Below, in pieces: positions 28,810-42,222 of a stretch of 64,000 nt of DNA. The number at the start of each line of letters is the position of its first letter. Positions within the stretch are counted from its first letter, which is position 1. Both the position numbers and the translations under genes were made by a program. The stretch comes from Eledone cirrhosa (lineage: Eukaryota): positions 20,212,001 to 20,276,000 of the forward strand of contig OZ024755.1 in assembly GCA_964016885.1 (NCBI GenBank), read 5' to 3'. Below the pieces are notes generated by a model that saw nothing but the letters and a program-made list of their open reading frames with translations, searched no databases and had not been told where the DNA came from.

Positions 28810-28840
<31 letters not shown>

Positions 28841-28981
28841 CACATATAGAGTGTATACATACACACAACCAGTGTATACACACACACACAAATATAGGTA
28901 TGTATATATAAATACACACATATATACATATCGATATGTATATACATATAGGTATATAATATGTATATAGGTATATAATAT

Positions 28982-29041
<60 letters not shown>
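28472..29041. repeat. compound (TA)n/(CA)n microsatellite
   Basis: Direct observation. Confidence 0.93.
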
Positions 29042-29042
<1 letters not shown>

Positions 29043-29223
29043 CATTTAAAAAAACTTAATATTTAGATGTGAAACGAATGTAGTCTTGTCGCAACACGAA
29101 TGTAAAAGGAAAGTAATTTTAAATAACGGGAAAAAAGCGTTTAAGATGTATTTCAATCGATATGATGTGTAAGAGATATCTTAGAAATGCAATTCTTAAA
29201 TGTTCACACAGAAACACACGCGT

Positions 29224-29270
<47 letters not shown>

Positions 29271-29340
29271 ATGTTTGCACACACACACACATATGTTTGC
29301 GTAGGTATGTGTATGCGTGCATTTGTGTAGATATGCGAGC

Positions 29341-29372
<32 letters not shown>

Positions 29373-29380
<8 letters not shown>

Positions 29381-29596
29381 TTAGAAATTATAAGCTTTCA
29401 CCGTATTTTAGACTAAAGAAATTTCTAGCCTGATAGTGGGGTTTATAACCATCGGAGAAATGGAAAAAGATGAGTGTTGCCGTACATGGCAACACTCATC
29501 TTTTTCCATTTCTCCGATGGTTATAAACCCCACTATCAGGCTAGAAATTTCTTTAGTCTAAAATACGGTGAAAGCTTATAATTTCTAATTTCTAAT
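29373..29596. repeat. perfect 109-bp-arm palindrome (fold-back element) abutting (TA)n
   Basis: 29373-29481 is the exact reverse complement of 29488-29596. The loop is GTACAT. Confidence 0.95.
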
Positions 29597-29654
29597 TTCA
29601 AACTCGCGCACCGTTTCAAAAACATACTTACATGTTTACATTTATAATTTGCTT

Positions 29655-29708
<54 letters not shown>

Positions 29709-30235
29709 CAAAGGAATTGTGGTAAGGAACCAGATGGACCATAACGCACCAGAGTACTCAATACTTAGGGTAGTAGAGTGGACGTCCAGAAATAGCCGTC
29801 GAAACGGCCTCAGCTCTGCCTATATATTTATATATATTTATATATATAAATATATATATATATATATGCATGCATATATAAATATATATTTATATATGCG
29901 TATGTAACTGTATATACATGCACACACAAACATGTGTGTGCGTGTGATTCATTTTCTGTGTATATGTGTAAATATTTTTTCGTAATTATTATGTACACGA
30001 TATTACCGTATATTTACCTAATACCTTCATTTCTATGTCGATATTATGTTTTCTGAAGAAGTCAAAGACATCATCTTGTTATGTTTGTTGTTTGTGTAAT
30101 TATATTGTCCATGATTGTAAAGTTTTCCTCTTAATTTCGTAGCCTTACAGAATAGTGTAAATTTATCTAAATCTTGTGAATGTGTTATATCTTCCAGCAC
30201 ATTCCTTCATGTTGTTATCTATATCTGTTAAATAT

Positions 30236-30360
30236 GACGGTAGATTGGCAGCAATCGGTCGAGCATCGGACAACATAATTTGTGGCATATATTTACATCC
30301 CTTTACGTTCTGAGTTCAAATCCTGCCGAAGTTACCTTTGCCTCTCATTCTTACGGAGAT
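30236..30360 (+). mobile_element. old SINE A-related copy
   Basis: GATTGGCAGCAATCGG...TCTGAGTTCAAATCCTGCCGAAG...CTTTGCCTCTCATTCTTACGG. Confidence 0.7.
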
Positions 30361-30529
30361 ATATTAGGCTGTGGAGACTACTGAAGATTTCATATTTGAA
30401 TACTTTACTGAGCCAAACAGGAGACCGTTACGTAATTACTCCCACTTCTAGAAAGAGTTATTAATTCTCAATCATGGTATAACATTGAGTGTCGTAATTA
30501 AGTATATGATAAATTAGGTAATATAACCT

Positions 30530-30562
<33 letters not shown>

Positions 30563-33500
30563 ATACCTAAAATTAGCACGATTGTCGATGGTGATAAGAA
30601 TGTTCACCACTATCAACGCACGGATGCTATCTGAGACAGCGATGAGGCCTGAGCTTTCAAAAAGATTTTTATCCTCTCACGACCCACTAAAAATAGCAGC
30701 TGGATTTCGCTCAAATCAGACAACATATAAAGCCAGATGATTGCACTTGAAATATATGTATTTCATTTTATCGTACTTGACCTGGGACTGCACTAGAATA
30801 AAAGCAACATATTCTAGTTGCGTGTTTCTCGACAGAAAAAGAGCAGACATAGCCGTAACAATAGGTGACTCTTAGGGAGAGACGTCAGTGGTTCTTATTT
30901 TGTTATGTGGTCAACGCATTCAGCGTAGTTCTCTCTATATTACAGTTATTCTCATGACATATCCAACTAGTTGTTTCATAATTAAAACTAATTTCCCTAA
31001 AATCTTGTAATACAGGGTTCAACCCACGCTCTGACATCGAGAATACTACGAAAAGTGTATTCGAACATACAAATTAAAAAGCTTACAAAGTTTTAATTAC
31101 AACGCCATTGGGATTTGAAATATTCTCAATGTGCTTATAAATCATTCGCGAAATACAGATATATAAATTCGGAAATTAATGCTTTCGGCGGGTTCACATG
31201 TTTGAAGCTCTGACAACTGTACAGTTATTAAAAATCTGACAGGCTACTAAAGAGCTTCTTAGTTGAGCTTTGTAGATTATTGATCAGAATTGTTAATATT
31301 ATTGATCTAAATTGTTAATAATGTTAATCATCGATGTGGTGAAATTCTAAAGGATGTAGAATAGTTTCACCCTGTAGTTTAAAAGTAGAAATTTGCAATC
31401 CATACATTGCTATTTAAGATTTAACCAAGCATCACTTGCTTCTTTTATGATCAAAGTTGCTATGGTTTCGACAATGAATCATAGATGATAAAATACCGGT
31501 TGACCGTAATAGTGTAAAAAGAAAAATGAAACAATAAAATTTATTGATTTTCCCCTTCAATGGTTACATTTCACGCATTATCTAGAAACTTAGAAATTAT
31601 TAATTTTTAAGTTTTCAGATAACGCGGGGAAAATAATTCGACATACATTTAAGCGACATTCATGTTTTAATAAGTCAACCTTAAATATTAATCAGTAAGT
31701 TAGAATGTCTCAAAAAGTGTCTGTTTTATCAATGCCTTAAAACTAACTTCTACCTTTTACAGACATAAACAGTTCACTCAAGTTATCACTTCACATGTTA
31801 TTCCTGATAAAAATGCGTTTATAAATTTCTTAATGGTTTGGTTTAATATTTTAAAAAAGTTCGAAGAGATTACATCATCAAAGGTAATCAATGAAATATA
31901 ATAAAACTGTTAGTTCTTCTTAAGTTCTGAAAGTTACTTGAATATTCCAGTTTAATGTTACTTAGACGAATATTTAACTCTTTGTATATACTGAATACGT
32001 TGTGAAAATCCTCAAAGTTTCTGATAACTAGTACTGCTTAGAATATAGTTAATGGACAATAAATTATAATAATGTGCATGGATCTTTAAATATTTGAATA
32101 TTGAAAGATCTAATTCGTCTCGTCTTACATTGAAACAATATAAAACCTTTGCAAAAGACTATATACTTTATGGTACATTTAAACATAAACAAAACACTCC
32201 GAATAAAATGGAGCTCCGTTGACGAGTATTACAGTTGGCTAATGAAAGGAACAACTTGCTCATGAAATTCAATTTCTGAATATTCCACAGCACAGAAATG
32301 TGTGTCCTTAACATAATTTTCAGAACGATTCTGACTGACACAACGTGTGGTAAGACTAGCTGTTTGAATTTAGAGGTACAGTCTATCTAATGGGTTTCCA
32401 AAACGTTTCCCTCTAAATATTTTCAATCACAAGACTTGGATCAATACAAACATATATGAAATGACATTTGGCAAAAATGCCAAGCAGTATACTGGAATAC
32501 GGAACATGATTGCAAAACGAATTTCCTAACTATTCGAGTAATGTCGAACATATATCTAAAATGTCCTTAAAATGTCTCAACAATTGTTAAACATTCTGCA
32601 AAAGACAAATCTCAAAGCCATTGTTTTTATCAACGTTTAACAATTTTGCACTAACTTTTGCATTATGGCTCCATTATACAGAGATTCAAAATTTCCACAT
32701 AAAACACAACGTTAGATAACAGCAATAAATAAACTAATATAATGGATTGGTTGATGTGAACAATAAACTTGAGTGATATGAACAATATTTGGTACCGTTT
32801 AATTATCCATATTCTAATAACCAGAATATATTTCAGTGTTTCGTGTATTTCCAGACTGCTTTAAATAAATATTTTAAACGTAAGGTCTAATATATAAAAG
32901 GTGTGTATTTATATCTGATATATAATGAATATATATAGATTTTCGATTGACACAGCTTATAGTAACAGATACACTTTCTGCATGAAAAACAATAGTCCTG
33001 TTAGTGTTAGCATAGTTAATGCAGGGACCACTTAATATTCTACGTGAAAAGATTACGAGGTTAAAAACCAACACTGTTAATAAATAGCTATTATAATTTT
33101 TTAAACAATCGCGGGAATCAATAAGAATATATAAAATCAAACCACGTCTTGAGTGGTCTTACATCCTTTCAAAAATAATAAAAATGATATTACACATTAA
33201 CTAGTTGTGTTTTCGCTCACTAACGTTTGCTAGTTGCATTTTAAATTGTCTCTGCATTGAAAATCTTAAAGCAAACATAACTATTGTTTTACATGCATAG
33301 AAAATTGCTGAGTATTTAGAGTTAATGTTTGGCAAATAAAGAAGCCATGATTAATAATCGAAACATCGCCAAGTGAAGCGCAAAATAGTATCTGCGGATC
33401 TATGGTTCATGGAATAATTTATTCGATTTTCAGTTAATGCAATTTAGCTTCATATCTCTATGTGGTGTTTATTTCATCTCAAGTCAGGCACATAATTCTG

Positions 33501-34143
33501 TGTTTGTAATTTAAAGACACTGCGCAAATTATTAGAGATAGAAAATTACATGTAAACGATAAACTCGGGTTTACGAGTTAAATAAACTCTTTAATAATTA
33601 TAACGATCATCTTCAAATTATATTTCATTACTGCTACACGATGTATGTGAAGACAGTGAGCAAATTAAAGTGAGAGAAATAGTGAGAGGAGAATAAGGTG
33701 GAGTAGGACAAACGTGGAACGAGGAATATAGCGAATGCACGATTATAAATACTCTTTTCCCGCTTCCTTAATATATAATTATATCTAAATGAACATTTAT
33801 GGACCGGCTGAGAGTCATGAGTTTGATGGTAGGGCATTGTGTAAATAAGGCTGGACTGTCACTATATGTAAAGAAATGTATGAATATGAAACGACCAACG
33901 AGTAATTAATCAAGCGTGATACATAGCTTAATTGTGACGTCATTTAACGTTCAATTGCAGTCATTAGATGCGACATACTACTATTAGGTTGCACAAAATA
34001 TCCAAGCTTCATTGGATTTAGACGACACAAATTTACAATTGAATCACGTGCAAGTTTTGTCATGTTTAAAAAATATCAATATTATTAGTTATTTAATTAC
34101 ATAATAAACATACATAAATCGTTACGCAAACACGCATGCGTAA

Positions 34144-34173
<30 letters not shown>

Positions 34174-34175
<2 letters not shown>

Positions 34176-34701
34176 CATCATCATCGTTTTACGTCCGTTC
34201 TTCCATGCTAGCATGGGTTAGACGGGTTGTCCTGTTGTGGGCAGTGTCTGGTCGGCTGCCCATGCCTTGCTCATACAGGAACTGATTTTGGCTTGATTTC
34301 TACAGCTGCATGCCCTTCCTAACACCAACCTCATTTACAGTGAGTGCTGGGTGCTTTTTTTCCGTGGCGCCTACACGTCCACTTTACAGTGTGGGCTGGG
34401 TGCTTTTTTGCCGTGGCACCTCCACGACCACTTTGCAGTAGAGGGTGTGGGGGTATATTGTCTATATGCTCCAGCTTATACCCATGGGAGATCGGGTACT
34501 CTGTATTACTGCGTGACGCCAGAGGTCACGGCTGTGTGTCATCGCCTTTGAGAGGTGTAATTGGGTAAGGTCGGCTTTTATCACCTCATCCCAGGTCTTC
34601 TTGGGTCTCCCCACTCCGCGGTTTCCATTGACTTCTAGTGCTCTGCACCTTTTTATGCAGCTGTCATCCTTCATACGCATCACATGTCCATACCAACGCA
34701 A
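34174..34701 (-). mobile_element. RTE-clade LINE 3' end with 3' UTR and (GAT)n tail
   Basis: LRWYGHVMRMKDDSCIKRCRALEVNGNRGVGRPKKTWDEVIKADL...RDLWR. A tail remnant also lies at about 1966-2022. Confidence 0.9.
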
Positions 34702-35229
34702 ATATATCGGATCAACAGCGTGTACGTAATAGCTATCAGTATAATAGATATTAGCTAAAATACACAAGGAAAAACGGTCATAAACAACAAACTAATGCAG
34801 GCATCATCCGGAAATACACTATCGATCATATTAATATGGCCAGCCTGTGCTGCACTGTAACGTACGGAATATATATATGACATGACTTAAGTGAAAACCA
34901 CTGTGTGCGCGATATGTTTGGGACATGGAAATTTGATGGCTTTTTCCTTACCCCCCCCCCCTCTCTCTCTTACAAACACAGTTTTGTCATAGTGGTCACT
35001 TGTAGAGCAGTATCTATTTATAGATATCTGCATTTGTGTCTATCTCCGGACAATAAAAATCTACATCATCAATATTTCTATGTACCTCAGTCTCTCTCTA
35101 TATAATATACATACATATATCTTTCTCTATGTATGGGAGTTAGTATATGTCTGTTAGTTCATTAGTCAGTTTGTCTGTACCTTTGTCTATCTATACATAT
35201 ATAGAGATTTAAAAGAGTCGAAGTCAGTC

Positions 35230-35418
35230 TTGCAGCATATGTACAAACTTTATTTGCATATTACAATTATTGCTATATCGATCAGCTCAAGGTGATGGGG
35301 CATGACATTTTTTCGACATCTCGTCAGATATGCGGCACATCTAAACTTGATTGTACCCTGAGTTGATCGATATCGAAACAATTGCAATATGCAAATAAAG
35401 TTTGTATATATGCTGCAA
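35230..35418. repeat. fold-back element (about 63-bp arms) carrying a hammerhead motif
   Basis: 35230-35293 and 35355-35418 are imperfect reverse complements. Confidence 0.88.
35256..35333 (-). ncRNA. type I hammerhead ribozyme, mutated core
   Basis: Minus strand: GCATAT-CTGACGA-GATGTCGA..loop..TCGATATA-GCAA-TAATTG-TA-ATATGC. Stem I is perfect, and the opposite arm keeps the ancestral TCGATATCGAAACAATTG. Confidence 0.65.
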
Positions 35419-35526
35419 CATTGCACACTACAGCCGTAACACTGGAATACAACCCAAACGATTCTGAGCTTGTAACAGCATCGAGTGCTTCGAACGGCGT
35501 CCTACCTGCAATTACACACCTAACAC

Positions 35527-35574
<48 letters not shown>

Positions 35575-35835
35575 GCGCGCGCGTGTGTGCGCGCGTGTGT
35601 GCGTGTGCGTGTGCGTGTGCGTGTGCGTGTGCGTGTGCGTGTGTGTGTGTGTGTGATTACTCTGAACTATTATTTATCGATATGATCTCATTGAGTGCTT
35701 TGTGGCAGCTTCAGAAGATTGATTTCGAAAAATGCTAGATGCAGCTTCGATTTTACTCACTACTACTATTATTATACACACACGCATGCACACAGTGTGT
35801 GTGTGTGTGTCTGTATATCACCATCTATTTATACT

Positions 35836-36023
35836 TGTTTCTACTATTGGCACAAGGCCAGAAATTACCCAGTACATTACTGGTACTTTATTTTATCGAC
35901 CCCGTAAGGATGAAAGGCAAAGTTAACCTCGGCGCGATTTGAACTCAGAATGGCAAGGGCCGTAACTCTATGCGTCAAAGCATGGCGTCCGACCCTCTAC
36001 CGATACTGCCAATCCACCGCCCT
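35836..36023 (-). mobile_element. SINE A, full length
   Basis: Full match including the head GGGCGGTGGATTGGCAG. Confidence 0.92.
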
Positions 36024-37059
36024 ATAATGAGAATATATCAAACATTTCAGAATGATTTAAATTCTTCCCCAATCTTTTATTCCTCTATAACAACATATAG
36101 TCTTATTTTTCATTAATGTGTATTAAATGGTTCTGTGATCGTATCATTCTACATAATGTAACTTTATAGGCATATCATGATGTACATATATACCTTATTA
36201 ATACCATTGATGAAATATTGATTAATCTTAAAGCTTAATCATTAGAAAAAGGTAATTCAAAGGAAAGATACAATTACTTCTTTCAATGTGATTTTCGTTT
36301 GCCTATATTTCATCTATTTTTTCTTGCTCATTAATACTGAATCGATATAACATCAATATTCTAATGATATTAATGAAATAGTTTTATATTTCATTTCATA
36401 AGTTTAAAGAAAAGATTTTTTTCATGAATCTGTGACAGGAGAATTTATTGTGTATGAATTATGTCTACTTAATAACTTTTCTATCTCAAGGAATCAACAA
36501 AAAGAAGATTATTAATTTATCTCCCCTGATGTGGAAATAAAATGGCGGAAATAATCTAGAAGTATAAAAAAATAGATAAAATCTTTGGATGAAAAATAAC
36601 ATACAAACAGGAGTTATCAAAGCTACTATGATTACTACATGACGTTTCATATGAAGAAATGACCTTTTTCTTATTTTAACGGCCATTGCCTTCTATGATT
36701 ACTTCAATAAAATTCAATGATACATCATAAAAAATAAAATATCTATCTACTCGTACAGTGGCTTTTTAAATTAGTTGACAAACAATTGGCACTGTGTATC
36801 TTAAATCCAACTTAGACTATAATAATCAATATATCACTTTGTTTGTCAATAGTAAATTAATAAAGTTAACCAACGTTAGATGAAAAATATAAATTGAATG
36901 AAAGTTGACAAACCATACAACAATCTACTAAATATAATTATTGAATACATACTGAAGCACAGAGATTTTATAGACAGTTTCCTTACAAAATAATAAAATG
37001 AAGATGCAATCACGTGTCCAATCGGTAACGTGTTTATATCAATATGTAGAATATACAAT

Positions 37060-37246
37060 TTAACCCTTTATCATTTAAATCGGCCACAACCAGCCAGAAT
37101 TCTCTCACCTCTTGTTCAAAATGACCATAACTGGCCACTCATACGGCATTTTTCTCAAAATAAATAATATCAAAATCTCAGATTCGATATGTGCGATCAT
37201 GGAAATCTAATAGTAAATATAGAGTAATGAAATGCTAAAGGGTTAA
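37060..37246. mobile_element. piggyBac-type MITE
   Basis: TTAA-CCCTTTATCATTT ... AAATGCTAAAGGG-TTAA: a 13-bp TIR (one mismatch) with CCC/GGG ends and a TTAA TSD. Confidence 0.75.
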
Positions 37247-37990
37247 TCGTTAAAAACACAAAGCTTTTCACAAGGTAGCCTGAAAGAATTTCAATAATTC
37301 TGAAGAATCAGAGAGAGACAGTTTTCCCTAATAAACATGCAACAAATAATTGTAGAAAGATGTTAGTTGCAGTGCTTACTGTATAACATTTCTCACTTTC
37401 CAACATATTTATCGTACATGCATTCAGTTAATCGTTAAAACTGAGGCCAAACTTGTCGACTTCCTTGTGATTAGGCCTGTAAACTGATCACTGATCTTGA
37501 TCAGACGAATGACAACAAATTCTAACGACTGGTGCTTATTTTAAGGAACCCAACGAAAATATCCAAATACGACGAAGCATTGTCTTGGCGCTCTAACTAT
37601 TCGGCCAATCAACAATTATACAGCATTTGTAAAAATATTAAAATATCACGAAAAAGAACTCATTTCGTTTCATTTTTCTGCTTTATTTATTGACTTGATT
37701 GTCTTTTAATTAATTAAATTGCTACCATATTTTCCACCACATACGCCATTATCTTATGCCTGCGAGGTTGTATTCATTAACTAACACAATACACTCAGAA
37801 TATATTAAAAATACATTAGATATAATTTCAATTTATGAGTACACACTAAATAAGATATGCAGAGATTGAATGATATATAAGGAGTAGTAGAATGATTGCA
37901 AAAACAAATGTGAATCCTTGATCATTATCCGGAGGTCACATAATAAAACAGTTTTACGTCATATTTTATACAATATTAATTATCTCTATT

Positions 37991-38106
37991 TTGAGTTCAA
38001 ATCCCGCCGAGGTTAACTTTGCCTTTCATCCTTACGGGGTCGATAAAATAAAGTACCAGTAATGTACTGGGTAATTAGCTGGCCTTGTGCCAATAGTAGA
38101 AACAAT
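37991..38106 (+). mobile_element. 5'-truncated SINE A with TSD
   Basis: TTATCTCTATTTTGA is duplicated on both sides. Confidence 0.9.
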
Positions 38107-38173
38107 TATTTATCTCTATTTTGAAATTGGTTTTCTCTTTAAGAAATATGTATTCTATTCAGAAATACTTAAA

Positions 38174-38372
38174 ATAATTGTTTCTACTTTTGGCACAAGG
38201 CCAGCAATTATCCCAGTGCATTACTGGTACTTTATTTTATCGATGAAAGGCAAAGTAGGGATGAAAGGCAAAGTTAACCTCGGCGGGAGTTGAACGCAGA
38301 ACACAAAGGGCCATACATCCATGCTGCAAAGCATGTTGGCTGACGCTCTACCGACACTGCCAATCCACCGCC
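38174..38372 (-). mobile_element. SINE A with TSD
   Basis: ATACTTAAAATAAT at 38165-38178 and 38373-38386, plus an internal duplication of GATGAAAGGCAAAGT. Confidence 0.88.
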
Positions 38373-38415
38373 ATACTTAAAATAATCCACCGGAAATACT
38401 TAAGATAATGATATC

Positions 38416-38622
38416 TACTATAGGTACAAGGCCAGTAATTTTGGGGGGAGGGGAAAGTCGATTAAATCGATCGTAGTACGTAACTGGTACTTTATTTTAT
38501 CGACCCCGTAAGGATGAAAGGCAAAGTTAACCTCAGCGGGATTTGAACTCAGACCGTAAAGCACCATAACTCCATGCTGCAAAACATGTCTCACGTTCAA
38601 CCGATACTGCCAATCCACCGCC
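38416..38622 (-). mobile_element. SINE A (long tail variant)
   Basis: Full match with the GGGGGAGGGGAAAGTCGATTAAATCGA tail segment. Confidence 0.88.
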
Positions 38623-39539
38623 ATTGGAAAGATAATGAAATGCATGAGCAAAAAAAAAAAAAGGGGGGGGGGCAACAACGAAAGACTAAGTTTTAGAAAT
38701 AATTAAAGAAATGTATTATAACATTACTATAGATATTCTTACCTTTGTATGTAGACAAACATCAAGATGTCGGTACATACCTGCATCTTGCTGCTTGTGT
38801 ACATTACACAGCATTGATTATAAATGTAAGCATGGTTACCTTGTGCATTACATTATAAAATTGAAAATTAATAAATTAGATTAATGTTACTAGTCAAGAA
38901 TATTACTTGTTATTACTATAGTTATTATGGTATAGGGAATAATTGCTATTGAGAAAAACCTATCACTCAATATCGAAAATCAATTCTAAATTTACCACAA
39001 CAAAATGTCCTCTATTTTTTTTTTTTTTACATAGAAGGTACGACTTATTTGAGAGACACTGAAGTCATTCTTGCCTGTAGCACTGCGTGCATTAATATCA
39101 TTCTGTTTCTTTGAATGGATACTTTGATTCTTGTAGAAGGAGGAATGGCTTTTAGAATAATACATTAAAGTAGTCTTCTTACAATATTCAAAGCAACATC
39201 TAATAAAAAGATTACGATATTTCCTATGCCAGCCGATTTTGTCGGGAAAATAAATATCAAAATGAATGCTACTATGACAGCAACTGATGACTATATCTGT
39301 GGCAAATATAAGCAATACATTTTCCTTAATCTCAAAGCCTTCAGATTAAATTTTAAAGTTCACTCTCTTTACCATATTTTTCAGATATTTGTTGCAAATT
39401 ACAATGATATTAACACTTTCTGTATTTCATTAAATGAATGGCTTCCATTTTAGATAGAATAATTTTAACATCAGGAAATATAGTTGATATCCTCACTTAT
39501 AAGTTTTATTTTTAAATTATTCCAGGAAGTACGAAAGAA

Positions 39540-40680
39540 TCGGAATGATAAAGTGAATAATCTCAGTGTATATTAGGAACTGGTCTCCTTTGTTTTCAAA
39601 CGACAAAGATAATCAGCTCAATTCCTTTTGCATCTCTTAGAGGCATTTCCCGAATATATCCATATATCGAAGAGACAAACGTATTCAAGTGTTTAATCAT
39701 ATTATTGGGTGTAAATGCTTTTTACTTGTTTGTCTGTTATACGATGTTTCTCAAATAGAATATTGTAGAAATAAAGATTGCAGCAGACTAGCGATAATGT
39801 CATTGGCGTACACAGAATCATAAAGCCTATACAATCTATTGCAGACCTGAAACAGTGTAATCCTATTGATATAGAAATAGATTTGACAATCAATGAATCT
39901 TTAAGACAGCAAATAAGAATTAGACGATCATTTTGAGCTGTGTTCGATGTTGTGAAAACATCTTCCGACTGTGTAAATTATGATCAAATTATATTAGAAA
40001 ATTGTATAGTAGTTTAGATCGCAGACATACATAAAACGAAATATGGATTACAGCACGTCTATATATGTATGCCATAGCATTACGGTTTATATGGAGAGAT
40101 TAAAGGAAAAAGACACAGGAATGGAAATGCGATTATTATATGAGGCTCAAGAGAATTATTTTAATTTGCATAATTTGCTACATACCAACTCCCATCACAA
40201 TTTCTCACAGAACTTCCCTGATGAAGAGAACAGTTATAAATTGATTTTCACAATGCACTAATACGGTTCAGATTTTCAAAGATGAATCAATTTCCCACCT
40301 AAATTTGAATAAATATATCATAAAGTATACTCTACCTATAACATTACTTATGACTTTGAAGTAGAGCAAGAATATTCTGATTATTGCATAATGAATTTTC
40401 AGCGATAGTCTGGCTCCAGACAATTTATTTCGGCGTCGTCTAATATCAGGTTAGAGTGTGGATATACAGCCGGAAATTTCGTCTTTAAGGAACAAGCTGA
40501 AACAGGGATTTTTATGGAAGATAAATAGCTGCCCATGCATGCTAATCGCCTCTCTCCAAACTACTGGGGCTGCAAAAGGGAGGACAAAAAGGTCGGTTAA
40601 CACAATATGGGTACAACTGCCGTCAGAAGCAAAGACCCCATTAACGACTTCCAATTTGCCACTATTGCATGAATACATTT
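39540..40680 (-). pseudogene. possible ancient RTE LINE reverse-transcriptase fossil
   Basis: Scattered frameshifted peptides in RTE order and roughly RTE spacing: LEVVNGV, LILDDAEI, LYDS, NILFEKHRITDKQV, YGYIREMP, QRRP. Highly degenerate. Confidence 0.35.
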
Positions 40681-41338
40681 ACGCTTGATATATAACACCA
40701 TCGATCTACATATTTGATAAACTAATTGAAATATACACGCACTGAGTAATTGTAATGAATATTTTTCTGAAACGAGATGCATCTATATATTAAATTTTAT
40801 TCGCTATATGTAGTGCGTTTCAAAATTATGTAAATGTTTTCTGCTAGACCTTAAATGAAAATCATATTGTGGAGAGTAGAATGGATCGCAAATGTAAAAA
40901 TGATTTTAAAGATAGTTTCTTAGATCACTTGCCATCGTCTTTAATTGCTAGAACCCTTAATTTTACCATTGAGAATTTGCCCGAATTATCGGGAATTTCT
41001 TAACACTTCACGTGTCAAAACCATCAACGTATAATGCCAAAGTATAGAATATAATGCTGGCCATAAGGAATGGGGTGACGATCTCTGAACAGAATCCCAT
41101 AACATCGCTATACAGCCACATCGATTTCATTAGATTTGCATTATATAATTAGCTTGATAGTAATCTAAAAAAATCGATCGATATTAAATCTATGACATGT
41201 TTATGGTTAAGTATGCTGGAAGATAGAGAACACTAGAAATTTGATATGAATGAATAATATAAAGTCCTCACAAGAGTTGTCACGTCTCCATACACCACGC
41301 TCTTTCTTTCTCACTTTTCATATATATAATAATAATAA

Positions 41339-41416
41339 TAATTGTTTCTACTTTTGGCACAAGGCCAGCAATTACCCAGTACATTACTGGTACTTTATTT
41401 TATCGACCCCGTAAGG
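41339..41416 (-). mobile_element. SINE A 3' fragment
   Basis: Tail and part of the core, fused to the following pLTR-like segment. Confidence 0.85.
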
Positions 41417-41671
41417 CAACGGTCAATTTTTTAAAGGGGTACGTCAATGTCTATTTATAAAACTGTTATATATTATATTTTGTCTGATGAAGGCATACCA
41501 CAATGTAACTTGGTATCCTTGAAATATATATAATGAAATAAATATGGTTTTATAAATATAGTTTCCATTTATTAATATCGTATATCTACTCCAAATATTT
41601 GTCGAGTGCTTTATATCAGTTATAAAAATATTTGCTTGTTGTATCCCAACAATTTAAATAAAACTTTTGCA
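41417..41671 (+). mobile_element. non-coding pLTR-like element with a hammerhead (single-arm copy of the 53281-53755 element)
   Basis: Aligns by eye to 53585-53755 (+) and to the reverse complement of 53281-53540. It ends in (TA)n. Confidence 0.82.
41476..41540 (+). ncRNA. type I hammerhead ribozyme (minimal, palindromic stem III)
   Basis: TATTTTGT-CTGATGA-AGGCATACCA(loop)TGGTATCCTT-GAAA-TATATA-TA-ATGAAATA. Confidence 0.75.
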
Positions 41672-41694
41672 TATATATATATATTTATATATAT

Positions 41695-42171
41695 ATTTAT
41701 TACATATCTTACAATGCTTCATATTAACTGTACTAACTAATATCGATAAAAATGGCGTCGACATTGCAATACAACGGGAGGAAACATGAATTTCTACGCC
41801 ATTTTTATTGATATTAGTTAATATAGTTAATATGAAGCATTGTAAGATATGTAATAAATGATTAATAGGTATTTCAGAAATGTATAAAGGACAAAGGATT
41901 AACAAAAAAACAAAACAAAGTAATGATATACTCACCCAGTATAACATATTTCAGGGTTATGATCCGCTTTTCAAATGCAAAACAAAACCGAAGCATTTGA
42001 AAACGAGGTACTAACTCTGAAATATGTTGAACTATACTGGGTAAACAAAAAACTTTGTTTTCTTTATTTGTCTTACATTATCCTATATATATTTCTACCA
42101 CATTGTACTGGCTTTCTGAAGTCCACATCAATGAATTATTATACATCTCACAATGCTTCATATTGATTATA
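41695..42171. repeat. double (zig-zag) fold-back element between (TA)n tracts
   Basis: Arms at 41695-41765/41789-41859, and more diverged arms at 41822-41978/41993-42171. Confidence 0.8.
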
Positions 42172-42180
42172 ACACACACA

Positions 42181-42222
<42 letters not shown>

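Noticed and set aside
40210-40255. CTGATGAAGAGAACAG... hammerhead-like start
   Set aside because: No GAAA box after the stem, and it falls inside a probable old LINE fossil.
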